From: an uncultured Chloroflexia bacterium
GTDB taxonomy: Bacteria; Chloroflexota; Dehalococcoidia; UBA2979
Length of the DNA: 64,000 nt
Assembly: GCA_963728205.1 (NCBI GenBank)
Contig: CAVSIV010000001.1
Location: 160,001 to 224,000 of the forward strand
Reading direction: 5' to 3'
In this document: piece after piece, positions 48,314 through 57,826 of the stretch
Layout: each line of letters begins with the position of its first letter
Position numbering within the stretch: the stretch's first letter is position 1
The notes under the pieces: generated by a model
The model's input: the letters and a program-made list of their open reading frames with translations, nothing else
What the model was told of the DNA's origin: nothing
Database searches by the model: none
Position numbers and translations under genes: made by a program

Positions 48314-49885
48314 TCAGCCCGCTGACGCGGGGCCGTTCGCCGCCGGGCCGGCCCACCGCAGCACCGGGTGGCGTGCCGCCGTCGCCTCGTCCAGGCGGCC
48401 GATCGGGGCGGTGTGCGGCGCGGTGCGCACCAGCTCCGGGTCGCGCGCGGCCTCCTCGGCGATCGCGCGCATCGCCGACGCGAACGCCTCCACGGCCTCG
48501 CGCGACTCCGTCTCCGTCGGCTCGATCATCAGCGCCTCTTCGACGATCAGCGGGAAGTAGACCGTCGGCGGGTGGATGCCATAGTCGATCAGGCGCTTTG
48601 CGATGTCGTAGGTCCGCACGTCCGAGTCGCGGCGCTGGCGCGAGCCCGAGAACACCACCTCGTGCATCACCGCTCGCGGGTAGGGGAGCGCGTACGCGTC
48701 CTCCAGCAGCGCGCGCAGGTAGTTCGCGTTGAGCACCGCGTTCGCCGACGTCGCGCGCAGCCCGGCGAGCCCGAGCGTGCGGATGTAGGCGTAGGCCCGT
48801 AGCAGCACGCCGACGCTGCCGTGGAACTGCTGCAGCTGGCCGATCGAGTCCGCCGGGCGCGTGAACGCGAACCGCTCGTCTTCGTCGGCCGCCGCGCCGT
48901 CGCTTGCCTCGCCGCCCGTGCGCACCACCACCGGCGCCGGCAGGTGCGGCGCGAGCGCGTCGCTGCAGCACACCGGACCCGCGCCGGGCCCCCCGCCGCC
49001 GTGCGGCGTCGCGAATGTCTTGTGCAGGTTGAGGTGCACGACGTCGAACCCGAGGTCGCCGAACCGCACGCGCCCGAGCAGTGCGTTGAGGTTCGCGCCG
49101 TCGCCGTAGAGCAGCGCGCCGTCCGCGTGCACGCGCTCCGCGATCTCCTCGATGCGCGGCTCCCACAGCCCGAGCGTGCTCGGCAGCGTCACCATCAGCG
49201 CCGCCACCGTGCCGTCGAGCTCGCGCTCCAGCGTCGCCAGCTCGATCGCGCCGTCCGGCCCGCTCGGCAGCTCGGTCACCGCGAAGCCGGCCATCGCCGC
49301 GCTCGCCGGGTTCGTGCCGTGCGCGCTGTCGGGGACGAGCACCCGCCGCCGCTGCTCCAGCTCGCCGCGACGTTCGAGCGCGCGCTTCACCATCAGCATG
49401 CCGGCGAGCTCGCCCTGCGCGCCGGCCGCCGGCGCGAGGCTCACCGCCGGCAGCCCCGTGATCGCGGCGAGGCACGACTGCAACTCGAAGAGCACGCGCA
49501 GCGTGCCCTGCACCGTGTCGAGCGGAGCCAGCGGGTGCCCGTCGGCGAACCCCGGCAGCGACGCCACCAGGTCGTCGACCTTCGGGTTGTACTTCATCGT
49601 GCACGAGCCCAGCGGGTAGGTGCCGGTGTCGACGCCGAAGTTGCGGCGCGAGAGCGCGTGGTAGTAGCGCACGAGCTCGCCCTGGCTGAGCGACGGCAGC
49701 CGCACCGACTCGCGCAGCAGCCCGGCCGACGGCAGCGGCGCCGGCGGCCCCTCCCAGCGCTCGACCGCCACCGCGTGTCGCCCCGGCTCCCCGCGGTCGA
49801 ACGCGAGCCGCGCGCCAAAGTCCTCCTCGCGGAAGCCACCGCCGCCGCGGACGGGTTCGACGGGCCAGCGCTCCGGCGTGGTCAT
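48314..49885 (-). CDS. gcvPB: Glycine dehydrogenase subunit 2
   Basis: YPLGSCTMKYNP, SAHGTNPAS, HLNLHKTF, IEPTETES. Confidence 0.96.
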   Translation of the reverse strand: MTTPERWPVEPVRGGGGFREEDFGARLAFDRGEPGRHAVAVERWEGPPAPLPSAGLLRESVRLPSLSQGELVRYYHALSRRNFGVDTGTYPLGSCTMKYNPKVDDLVASLPGFADGHPLAPLDTVQGTLRVLFELQSCLAAITGLPAVSLAPAAGAQGELAGMLMVKRALERRGELEQRRRVLVPDSAHGTNPASAAMAGFAVTELPSGPDGAIELATLERELDGTVAALMVTLPSTLGLWEPRIEEIAERVHADGALLYGDGANLNALLGRVRFGDLGFDVVHLNLHKTFATPHGGGGPGAGPVCCSDALAPHLPAPVVVRTGGEASDGAAADEDERFAFTRPADSIGQLQQFHGSVGVLLRAYAYIRTLGLAGLRATSANAVLNANYLRALLEDAYALPYPRAVMHEVVFSGSRQRRDSDVRTYDIAKRLIDYGIHPPTVYFPLIVEEALMIEPTETESREAVEAFASAMRAIAEEAARDPELVRTAPHTAPIGRLDEATAARHPVLRWAGPAANGPASAG

Positions 49886-49964
49886 GCGGTTACCTCCCGC
49901 GACTGCCCGCGCGGCACCCCCTGGCGACGCGGCGATTGGGTCGCGCGCACGCCCGCGGCAGGGC

Positions 49965-51386
49965 TCACGCCTGCCGCTCGCCGTCGTCGGCGACGCCGTC
50001 CGCGATCTCGCGCAGCGCCGCGATCAGCGCGTCCACGTGCTCCGGCGGGGTCGCCTCCGTCACGCACACGAGCATCGCGTCGCGCGCCTCCGGCTCCGGG
50101 CGGCCCGCGAGCGCGAGCCCGCCCTCGATGCCGCGCGCGCCCAGCGCACGCCCGAGCACTTCCGCCGGCACCGGCCCCCGCACGAGAAACTCCTGGAACC
50201 ATGGCCCGCGCTCGACGACCGCGTAGCCCGGCAGCGCCGCGATCCGCGCCGCCGCGTCGTGCGCGCGCTGGTAACAGAGCTCCGCCGCCGCGCGCAGTCC
50301 CACCGGTCCCAGCGCCTGCACCGAGACCGTGAACGCGAGCGCGACCAGCGACTGCCCCGTCGAGAAGTTGGACGTCGCGCGCTCGCGCCGGATGAACTGC
50401 TCGCGCGCCTGCAGCGTCAGCACGTAGCCGGCCCGCGGCTCGCCGACAGCGTCGCGTGCGTCGCCGGCTCCGGCCGACCCATGCACCTCGCGCGTCCGCC
50501 CCACGATGCGCCCCGGCATCTGCCGCAGAAACTGCTCGCGCGCGGCGAAGATGCCGAGCGACGGACCGCCGAGCCCCGGCGGCCCGGCGAGGTCGCGCCC
50601 CTCGCCCGTCACCAGGTCGACACCCGCGTCGCCCGGCGCCCGCAGCATCCCGAGCGCGAACGGGTCGGCGACCGCGACGCACAGCGCACCGGCGGCGTGC
50701 GCCGCGGCGGCTACCGGCTCGAGGTCAAGGATCGCGCCGAGGAAGTCCGGCTGCTGCACGACCACGCACGCGTGCTCGTCGGTCACGCGATCGACCCCGG
50801 CGACCAGGTCGACCCGCAGCCCGCCGCCGAACGCGTACGTCCGCACCACGTCCACGACGCCCGGGTGTACCGGCTCGAGCAGCGCCACCGCGCGCCGCCC
50901 CGTCACGCGCGACGCCAGCAGGCACGCCTCCGCCGTCGCGCTCGCGCCGTCGTACATCCCGGTGTTCGACACGTCCATGCCGGTCAGCTCGCACACCGTC
51001 GACTGGTACTCGAACGCGGCCTGCAGGGTGCCCTGGCTCACTTCGGGCTGGTACGGCGTGTACGACGTCACGAACTCCGACCGCGCCGTCAGCGCGCCCG
51101 TGACCGCCGGCACCGCGCGGCGGTACGCGCCGGCGCCGAGGAACGACGGCCGCCCGCCGGACGTGTTCTCGCCGGCTCGCGTGCTCAACAGCCGGATCAG
51201 CGGCGCCTCCGCCAGCGCCGGCGGCAGCGCGATCACCGGGTCGCGATGTGCCGGCGGCAGCGCGTCGAACAGCGCCTCGACGCTCGCCAGCCCGAGCCGC
51301 GCGAGCATGACCGCGCGGTCGGCGTCGGTGTTCGGGATGTATGGCGTAGGCGCCGGGGCGGCCGCCCTCGTGTCGTCGTCGGGCAT
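49965..51386 (-). CDS. gcvPA: Glycine dehydrogenase subunit 1
   Basis: YTPYQPEVSQG, MPGRIVG, REQFIRRERATSN. Confidence 0.95.
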   Translation of the reverse strand: MPDDDTRAAAPAPTPYIPNTDADRAVMLARLGLASVEALFDALPPAHRDPVIALPPALAEAPLIRLLSTRAGENTSGGRPSFLGAGAYRRAVPAVTGALTARSEFVTSYTPYQPEVSQGTLQAAFEYQSTVCELTGMDVSNTGMYDGASATAEACLLASRVTGRRAVALLEPVHPGVVDVVRTYAFGGGLRVDLVAGVDRVTDEHACVVVQQPDFLGAILDLEPVAAAAHAAGALCVAVADPFALGMLRAPGDAGVDLVTGEGRDLAGPPGLGGPSLGIFAAREQFLRQMPGRIVGRTREVHGSAGAGDARDAVGEPRAGYVLTLQAREQFIRRERATSNFSTGQSLVALAFTVSVQALGPVGLRAAAELCYQRAHDAAARIAALPGYAVVERGPWFQEFLVRGPVPAEVLGRALGARGIEGGLALAGRPEPEARDAMLVCVTEATPPEHVDALIAALREIADGVADDGERQA

Positions 51387-51391
51387 CGCGG

Positions 51392-51781
51392 CTACTGCTC
51401 GTGCGCGGCGAGCCGCGCGCGGTAGGCGTCCGCCGTCAGCAGCGCGTCGACCTCCGCCGGCTCGCTCACCCGCACGCGGATCATCCAGGCCTCGTCGAAC
51501 GGCGACGCGTTCACGCGCTCCGGCGCGTCCGTCAGCGCCTCGTTACGCGCGACCACCTCGCCGCTCACCGGCGCGAAGAGGTCCGACACCGCCTTCACCG
51601 ACTCGATCACGCCGAACGCCTCGCCCTGCTTCAACGCGCGCCCGACCGCCGGCAGCTCGACGTAGACGACATCGCCGAGCTGCTCCTGTGCGAAGTCGGT
51701 GATGCCGACGGTGGCCTCGCCGTCGGCGAGGCGCACCCATTCGTCCTCGGTCGTGTAGCGCAACTCCGAGGGGACCTCCAC
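51392..51781 (-). CDS. gcvH: Glycine cleavage H protein
   Basis: GITDFAQEQLGD, lipoyl site IESVKAVSD. Confidence 0.96.
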   Translation of the reverse strand: MEVPSELRYTTEDEWVRLADGEATVGITDFAQEQLGDVVYVELPAVGRALKQGEAFGVIESVKAVSDLFAPVSGEVVARNEALTDAPERVNASPFDEAWMIRVRVSEPAEVDALLTADAYRARLAAHEQ

Positions 51782-51808
51782 GTAGCGGCCTTTCCGTTGC
51801 CGCCGGGA

Positions 51809-52942
51809 TCATTCCGAGCGGCGGATGAAGGGGCGGGGCACGACCTCGGCGTCGACGTCGCGCCCGTGGATCTCGATCGCGAGCCGCGTGCCCGGCGCGG
51901 CGAGACCTGCGGGCAGGTACGCCATCGCGATGCCCACGCGGAGCGTGGGGCTGAACGCGCCGCTCGTGAGCGTAGCAACCGCGCGCGGCTCGCTCTCGTC
52001 GCCGGTCGCGTCTCCCGGCGCGTGCACCGGGTAGCCGGCCCGCGGCACGCCGCGGTCGAGCAGCCGCAGGCACGCGAGCCGCCGCTCGGGCGCGCGCGCG
52101 GCAGCGGCGGCGAGCGCGTCGCGACCCGTGAACTCGGCGCCGTCCTCGAGCGTGACCGCCCAGCCGAGCCCGGCCTCGTAGGGGCTCGTGTCGGGCGTGA
52201 TGTCGTGGCCGTGCAGCGGCAGCGCGGCCTCCAGCCGCAGCGTATCGCGTGCCCCCAGCCCACACGGGACGACCCCGGCGGCCAGGCACGCGTCCCACAG
52301 CGCCGCCCCGCGCTCCGCGTCGAGGATGCACTCCGCGCCGTCCTCGCCCGTGTAGCCGGTGCGCCCGACCAGCACCGTCGCGCCGCGCCAGGCGAGCTCG
52401 GTGCAGCGCCGCGGCGCGAGCTCCGCGGCGAGGTCGACCCCGAGCACGTCGCGCAGCCGCGCGAGCGCGGCCGGTCCCTGCACCGCGAGCATCACGGTCT
52501 CGCCGCCGACGTCGCGCATCGCCGCTCCCGGCGCCCGATCCACCGACGCCCGCACGCGCGCCGCGTCGGCCTCCGCGTTCGCGGCGTTGTGCACGATGAG
52601 CCAGCGGTCGGCGTCGACGCGATAGACGAAGACGTCGTCGGCGATGCCGCCGTCGTCGGTCGCGTAGAGCGAGTAGTGGGCGCGGCCGGGGTGCATCCGC
52701 GTCACGTCGTAGGTCGTCACCGCGCGGATGCGCGTGCCGGCGTCGGGCCCCTCAATCCGCACGCGGCCCATGTGCGAGACGTCGAAGACGCCGGCGGCCT
52801 CGCGCACGGCGGCGTGCTCGGCGAGGATGCCGCCCGCGTACTGCAGCGGCATCTCCCAGCCGGCGAACGGCGCGAGCCGCGCGCCCGCCGCGACGTGCCG
52901 CTCGTGGAGCGGCAGGCGTCGCAGCGCTCGTGCCTCCCTCAT
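51809..52942 (-). CDS. gcvT: Glycine cleavage aminomethyltransferase
   Basis: FAGWEMP, FDVSHMG, RTGYTGEDG, GLGARDTLRLEA. Confidence 0.96.
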   Translation of the reverse strand: MREARALRRLPLHERHVAAGARLAPFAGWEMPLQYAGGILAEHAAVREAAGVFDVSHMGRVRIEGPDAGTRIRAVTTYDVTRMHPGRAHYSLYATDDGGIADDVFVYRVDADRWLIVHNAANAEADAARVRASVDRAPGAAMRDVGGETVMLAVQGPAALARLRDVLGVDLAAELAPRRCTELAWRGATVLVGRTGYTGEDGAECILDAERGAALWDACLAAGVVPCGLGARDTLRLEAALPLHGHDITPDTSPYEAGLGWAVTLEDGAEFTGRDALAAAAARAPERRLACLRLLDRGVPRAGYPVHAPGDATGDESEPRAVATLTSGAFSPTLRVGIAMAYLPAGLAAPGTRLAIEIHGRDVDAEVVPRPFIRRSE

Positions 52943-52961
52943 CGCCGCCGCCCGCCCGCGC

Positions 52962-53438
52962 TCACGCGTCGGCGACGTCGGCCGACCACGTGACGTCGAT
53001 CGCGTCCTTCACGCTCTCGTGCGCCGGGCAGCCGCGTGCGTGCACGGCCAGCGCGCGGTCGGCGGTCTCGCGCTGCGCGGCCGGCACCCGCAGGTGGTAC
53101 GTCACGTGGATCCTGGTGATGCGGATCGTGGCGCCGGTCGGGCCCTCGATCGTCCCGTCGACGTCGGCGCTGTAGCTGGAGCGGTCGAACTCGACCTTGC
53201 GGGCGGCCAGGGCCCCCGCGAGCGTGCCGAACATTCAGCCGCCGACCGCGGCCACGATGTGGTCGAGCGTCGCCGCGACCGGCGGGCCCTCCTTCGCGCC
53301 GTAGTACTCGCGCAGCGCGCCCTGCACCCCGTACGCCACGGGCTCGGCCACCTCGCCCATGTAGGCGTGCCGCACGCCGCCCTCGAACACGAGGCGGTTC
53401 TTCGAGATGTACCGGAAGTCGTCGGCCACGGGCTCCAA
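52962..53438 (-). CDS. OsmC-like peroxiredoxin, probable selenoprotein (UGA at 53237-53235 read as Sec)
   Basis: Two ORF-track ORFs are in frame and joined by one TGA: IVAAVGG-U-MFGT; second Cys CPAHES; hairpin at 53219-53199; start may be GTG 53429. Confidence 0.82.
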
Positions 53439-53564
53439 CTTTCGTTGCGGCGCAACCGCGCGCCGCCGACCAGCCTACGCGTCGCGGCGGATGCCGCGTC
53501 GGAGGCGTGAGCCTGCGGCTAGTATTCGCGCGACACCTCGCTGAGGGGCCGGGGGAGATCGCGC

Positions 53565-54254
53565 ATGAACGTCGATCATTTCGTCGCGGTGGTCGACTCG
53601 CTCGCTCACCTGTTGTCGGTAATGGTGTGGCCGGCCGTCGCCGTCTTCCTGCTTGTCCGCTTCTCCGGCCCGCTGAACGGGTTCCTCAGCAGCCTCGGCG
53701 AACTGTCGTTCAAGGGCGGTGGGATCGAGGCCACCGTGCGTCGGCAGCAGATCGAGGCCGCCGCGTCGCTGGGCGTCGCCGCCGGCTCGCGGGCCACGCA
53801 GGCGAACGACCCCGCGACGCCGCGACCAGACGAGATCGCGGAGAGCGTCTCCCGCTCCGTCACGCGTGAGAGCGTTCGGGGCGCCGCAGGTTCGCGGGTG
53901 CTCTGGGTCGACGACCATCCCGACAACAACATCCACGAGCGGCGCGCGCTGGAGTCTCTCGGCGCGCGCGTCACGACCCTGACTTCGACGGACGACGCCC
54001 TCGCCGCGCTCGCCGGTGGCGGGTACGACCTCGTGATCTCCGACATGGGGCGGTCGCCGGATCCTCGCGCCGGGTACACGCTCCTCGACGCGCTGCGCAG
54101 GCGGGGCGACCGCACTCCGTTCGTCGTCTACGCAGGATCCGCCACCGACGAGCAGCGGAAGGAGGCGGCGGAGCACGGCGCGTTCGGCACGACGAACCGT
54201 GCCGATGAACTGCTGGCGCTCGCGCTGCGGGCGATGCGACGACGGCTCGGGTAG
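53565..54254 (+). CDS. Membrane-anchored receiver-domain protein
   Basis: N-terminal TM (VWPAVAVFLL); VLWVDD, VISDMGR receiver motifs. Confidence 0.8.
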   Translation: MNVDHFVAVVDSLAHLLSVMVWPAVAVFLLVRFSGPLNGFLSSLGELSFKGGGIEATVRRQQIEAAASLGVAAGSRATQANDPATPRPDEIAESVSRSVTRESVRGAAGSRVLWVDDHPDNNIHERRALESLGARVTTLTSTDDALAALAGGGYDLVISDMGRSPDPRAGYTLLDALRRRGDRTPFVVYAGSATDEQRKEAAEHGAFGTTNRADELLALALRAMRRRLG

Positions 54255-54258
54255 GCGA

Positions 54259-55305
54259 CTAGCGTGATGCTCCGTCCGGGCCGCTCTCGCCCCGCAGCAG
54301 CGGCCAGTACAGCGGCAGGCTCACCGCGAACGGCACGAAGTAGTAGACGACCCGGAACAGGATCGCCGCGAGCGCCGCGTGCTCGACCGACACGCCGAGC
54401 ACGGCCAGCGTCGCCGTGATCGACCCCTCCTGCACGCCGAGTCCGCCCGGCACGAACGACGCGACCCCCGCGTTCACCCCGACCGCGAACGCCGTCAGCG
54501 CCGCGGCGAACCCTGCCCCGGCGCCCACGGCGGCGAGACAGCACCAGAACGCCACGAGCGTCACGCCCCAGTCCGCGACGATCAGCAGCGCCGGCGCCAG
54601 GCCCGCCGCCGGTCGCGCGCGCACCGCCGTCGCCGCGCGGTCGAGGCCCGCGCCGAGATCGTCGAGCGCGGCCGCCGCGTGCCGCGCTCGACCCGCGCCG
54701 AGCGCCACCCGCGTGCCCCAGCGGCCGGCGCGCAGCAGCGCGCCCCGGGCGCGGCGCGACCACAGCGCCGCGGTCAGCGCCAGCACGGCGACCGCCGACA
54801 GCGCCCCCGCCACCAGCGCCGCCCCCGCGCCGGCGCCCGAGAGCGGGTGCACCGCCGCGAGCAGCAGCAGTCCCGCCGGCAGCAGCGCGAGCATCGCCAC
54901 GGTGTTCAGGTACGACTGCACGACGGTCATCGCGAGCACGCTTCCCGGCGACTCGCCGTGCTCGCGCAGCAGCGCCGTGCGCACCGAGTAGCCGGCCACC
55001 CCGCCCAGCGACAGCACGTGGTTGAGCGCGAACGACACGTAGCTCGCGCGGAACAGCGGCCCCGTCGGCGCGCGCACACCCACGATGCGCCCCACCGCCA
55101 CCATCCCCGCGCTCAGCGCGAGGTACGAGCCGGCCGTCGCCGTCAGCGCCGGCACGACCAGCGTCCACCGCGTCTGCCCGAGCAGCCGCCCGACCTGCCG
55201 CCAGTCGAGCACGACCACCAGCGCCGCCGCGAGCACGAGCACCGCGATCGCCGACACCAGCGCGGCGTGGCCGCGCGCGGGCGGACGCTCGGCGGCGCTC
55301 GCCAT
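54259..55305 (-). CDS. Lysylphosphatidylglycerol synthase TM (flippase-like) domain protein
   Basis: Multi-TM, PGGLGVQE, FRVVYYF; 2 nt downstream of the MprF-like gene. Confidence 0.85.
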   Translation of the reverse strand: MASAAERPPARGHAALVSAIAVLVLAAALVVVLDWRQVGRLLGQTRWTLVVPALTATAGSYLALSAGMVAVGRIVGVRAPTGPLFRASYVSFALNHVLSLGGVAGYSVRTALLREHGESPGSVLAMTVVQSYLNTVAMLALLPAGLLLLAAVHPLSGAGAGAALVAGALSAVAVLALTAALWSRRARGALLRAGRWGTRVALGAGRARHAAAALDDLGAGLDRAATAVRARPAAGLAPALLIVADWGVTLVAFWCCLAAVGAGAGFAAALTAFAVGVNAGVASFVPGGLGVQEGSITATLAVLGVSVEHAALAAILFRVVYYFVPFAVSLPLYWPLLRGESGPDGASR

Positions 55306-55307
55306 CG

Positions 55308-57041
55308 CTAGCCCTCGGTCAACCGCGTCAGCGCGAGCGCCGTGCGCGCCAGCCCGACCGGCCCACCGCGGTACGCGAGATAGCGGTCCTCCCAGTCGGG
55401 CTCGAACTTCGCCTTGTAGTTGCGCAGTCCGCGATACGAGAACAGCCGGTTCAGGCGGTCGAAGATCTCCCGCACGGCACGCTCCGTCAGCGTCGCGTCG
55501 GGGTGCTCGCCCACGCCGGCGAACGGCGCAAGACCGAGGTCGAAGCGCGTGAACCCGCGCACGTGGCAGTCGAGCAGCACCGTCGTGAAGAGGTAGTCCA
55601 TCACGCCGTTCGGCACGCCGGTGCGGTGGCGCATCAGGTCGATCGTCGCCTCGCCCGGCCGGTACGACGGGATCTCGTTCACGAATGCGACCAGCAGGCC
55701 CTCGGCGTCGCGCAGCACGAACAGCGGCGACGACTGGATGTAGCGCGGCTCGAACGCACCCAGCGTGAATCCGCGCTCGCGCCGCCCGGGCAGCGTGAGC
55801 CAGTCGCGCGACACCGCCTCCACCTCCGCCATCACCGCCGCGGGGTGTGGCGGCTCGTGGCGTGACGCGACGTAGCCCTCGCGCTCGTAGCGGCGGCGGA
55901 TGTAGCGGAAGTCCTTCGTCTCGGCCGTCTGCGTCGCGAAGCGCTCGAGGTCGACCGACGCTTCTTCGCCGATCTTCAGCAGGGCGAAGCCGAGCTCGCG
56001 GTACAGGTCGAGCCACCTGTCGGTGACCTGGTGCATCGCCACCGCCCAGCCGTTGTCCTCGCCGAAGCGCACGAAGCCCTCGACGGTCGCGCGCACGGCG
56101 GCGGGATTGCCGGCCGGGTCGCCGAGCGCGATGCCGACCGCCATCGTCGCGCGGTAGGCAATTGCCGCTCGGCGCTCCGGGTCGAAGAAGTACGACTTGT
56201 CGTGCCAGAGCTTGAACTCGTCGAGCGCCGTGCCACCGAAGCGGCGGAGCAGCGCCTCGACCTCGACGCGCTCGCGCGGGAGCACGCGCAGGCGGTAGCG
56301 GATCGGCTGCACCAGCGCGAGCGCGACGAGCGCGACCGCGGAGATGCCCGCGATGCGCAGCGAATCGAGAAACCACATCGCGTGGCGCGTCTCGGGCTCG
56401 AGGCTGTAGTTCGCGCCGAGCAGGAGGAACTGGTCGAGCGTCTGCTGCACGGCCTCGCGCAGGTCGAACGTCTGGCCGAAGTCGCGGCGCTCGAGGAGCC
56501 AGAACCCGGCGGCGCCGTAGAGGAACGCGGCGGCGAGGATCGCCGCGGCGAGCGCCACGCCCTGCGCGATGCTCACCGGCTCGCTGCGCACGGTGAACCG
56601 CCCGCGGAACACGATCAGCAGCCCCACCAGCGCGGCGGGCGCGACGGCGAGCGGCCACGACTCGTCCCCCTTCAGCAGGTGCGACACCGTCGCCGCCGCG
56701 GCGGCCGCGAGGGCGAAGCCCCACGCGACGCGCCGCCGTCGCAGCAGGTGGTACGCGAGGTAGACGAGCGCGAGCCCGAACGCCGTGCCGGCGGCGCGGC
56801 TCCAGTGATGCACGCCGAGGGGGAACGCGTAGCCGGCGAGCGCGGGATGACGCGAGACGCGAAAGAGCAGCGGCGCCGAGAGGCTGACGACGCCGTTCGC
56901 CAGCGTGACGAGCGCGATCAGCCAGACCGGCCAGCGCGCCGGCTCGGGGAGAATGTGCCGCCAGGCCCGGAGTACGGCGCTGCCCCGCAGTCGGAGGAAC
57001 TGCTCCGCGCCGGGAGCACGTTCGGTAGACGGAGCAGCCAT
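55308..57041 (-). CDS. mprF: Aminoacyl-phosphatidylglycerol synthase (MprF C-terminal, DUF2156)
   Basis: DKSYFF, ALGDP, KIGEEA, IDLMRH, LGLAP, GLRNYKAKFEPDWE. Confidence 0.88.
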   Translation of the reverse strand: MAAPSTERAPGAEQFLRLRGSAVLRAWRHILPEPARWPVWLIALVTLANGVVSLSAPLLFRVSRHPALAGYAFPLGVHHWSRAAGTAFGLALVYLAYHLLRRRRVAWGFALAAAAAATVSHLLKGDESWPLAVAPAALVGLLIVFRGRFTVRSEPVSIAQGVALAAAILAAAFLYGAAGFWLLERRDFGQTFDLREAVQQTLDQFLLLGANYSLEPETRHAMWFLDSLRIAGISAVALVALALVQPIRYRLRVLPRERVEVEALLRRFGGTALDEFKLWHDKSYFFDPERRAAIAYRATMAVGIALGDPAGNPAAVRATVEGFVRFGEDNGWAVAMHQVTDRWLDLYRELGFALLKIGEEASVDLERFATQTAETKDFRYIRRRYEREGYVASRHEPPHPAAVMAEVEAVSRDWLTLPGRRERGFTLGAFEPRYIQSSPLFVLRDAEGLLVAFVNEIPSYRPGEATIDLMRHRTGVPNGVMDYLFTTVLLDCHVRGFTRFDLGLAPFAGVGEHPDATLTERAVREIFDRLNRLFSYRGLRNYKAKFEPDWEDRYLAYRGGPVGLARTALALTRLTEG

Positions 57042-57059
57042 TCGGACGATCATAGGTTG

Positions 57060-57797
57060 ATGACGCGGTCCGACCAACGGCCCCCTTGCCCCGGCGCGCA
57101 GGCCCGCGCCGAGCGGCCGGGGCAGGCGGATGGGGAGCCGCCGGCACGCGCACGCGGCCGCCGCCGGCGCCGCTGGCCGGGGACCTGGCCGGCCACGATT
57201 GTGATTGGCGTCGCGGTCGTCGCAATCGGCATCGCGCTCGCGCCGCAGAGCGCGGCGCAGCACCGCGACCTCGTCGCGCGGCTGGGCGTGACCCCGCGCG
57301 CGCTCACGTCGTTCCGATGGTGGACGCTCGCGGTCTCGCCGGTCGTGCAGTCGGACCCCGGCATCGGTCCGCTCTTCTGGTCGCAGGCGGTGGCGGTCGT
57401 CGCGAGCCTGGCGCTGCTCGAGCCGCGAGCCGGCAGCGTGCGTACCGCCGCGCTCTTCTTCGGCTCGGAGCTGTTCGTCGAGCCGGTGCGCCTCGCGAGC
57501 CTGGCCGGGCTCGCGAGGCTGGGGAACGCGTCTGCGGAGGCGCTCGTGCACGTGGGCGACACCGGTTCGTCCGCAGCCGTGACTGCCGTCGCGGCGGCGT
57601 TCGTCACGACGTTGCCGTCGCGACTCGCGCGCGCGGGCTACGTGGGCCTCGCGCTGTGGATCGCGTGGAGCGTGCACGCGTTCCCGCTCGACGTCGCCAT
57701 CGATCACGCGGCGGGCGCGGCGTGCGGGCTGCTCGTGGCGGCGTGGTGGCGATGGCGGCGGACGCGTGCGGCCGCCGCCACGAGCGCGGCCGGCTGA
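57060..57797 (+). CDS. Rhomboid-like membrane protein
   Basis: WWTL..SP, DTGSSA and DHAAG (GxS...H); true start probably further downstream. Confidence 0.55.
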   Translation: MTRSDQRPPCPGAQARAERPGQADGEPPARARGRRRRRWPGTWPATIVIGVAVVAIGIALAPQSAAQHRDLVARLGVTPRALTSFRWWTLAVSPVVQSDPGIGPLFWSQAVAVVASLALLEPRAGSVRTAALFFGSELFVEPVRLASLAGLARLGNASAEALVHVGDTGSSAAVTAVAAAFVTTLPSRLARAGYVGLALWIAWSVHAFPLDVAIDHAAGAACGLLVAAWWRWRRTRAAAATSAAG

Positions 57798-57826
57798 GCT
57801 CGCGGGCGACGCGGAGCGCGGCGCCC

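Noticed and set aside
46272-49604. 1110-aa kinase ORF and similar long Arg/Ala/Pro-rich ORFs (4442-7621, 24316-27249, 60562-63576)
   Set aside because: Stop-poor alternative frames typical of very high GC DNA, overlapping well-supported genes.
52942-53565. Glycine riboswitch upstream of gcvT
   Set aside because: The region is occupied by the OsmC coding sequence and no tandem aptamer motifs were recognised.
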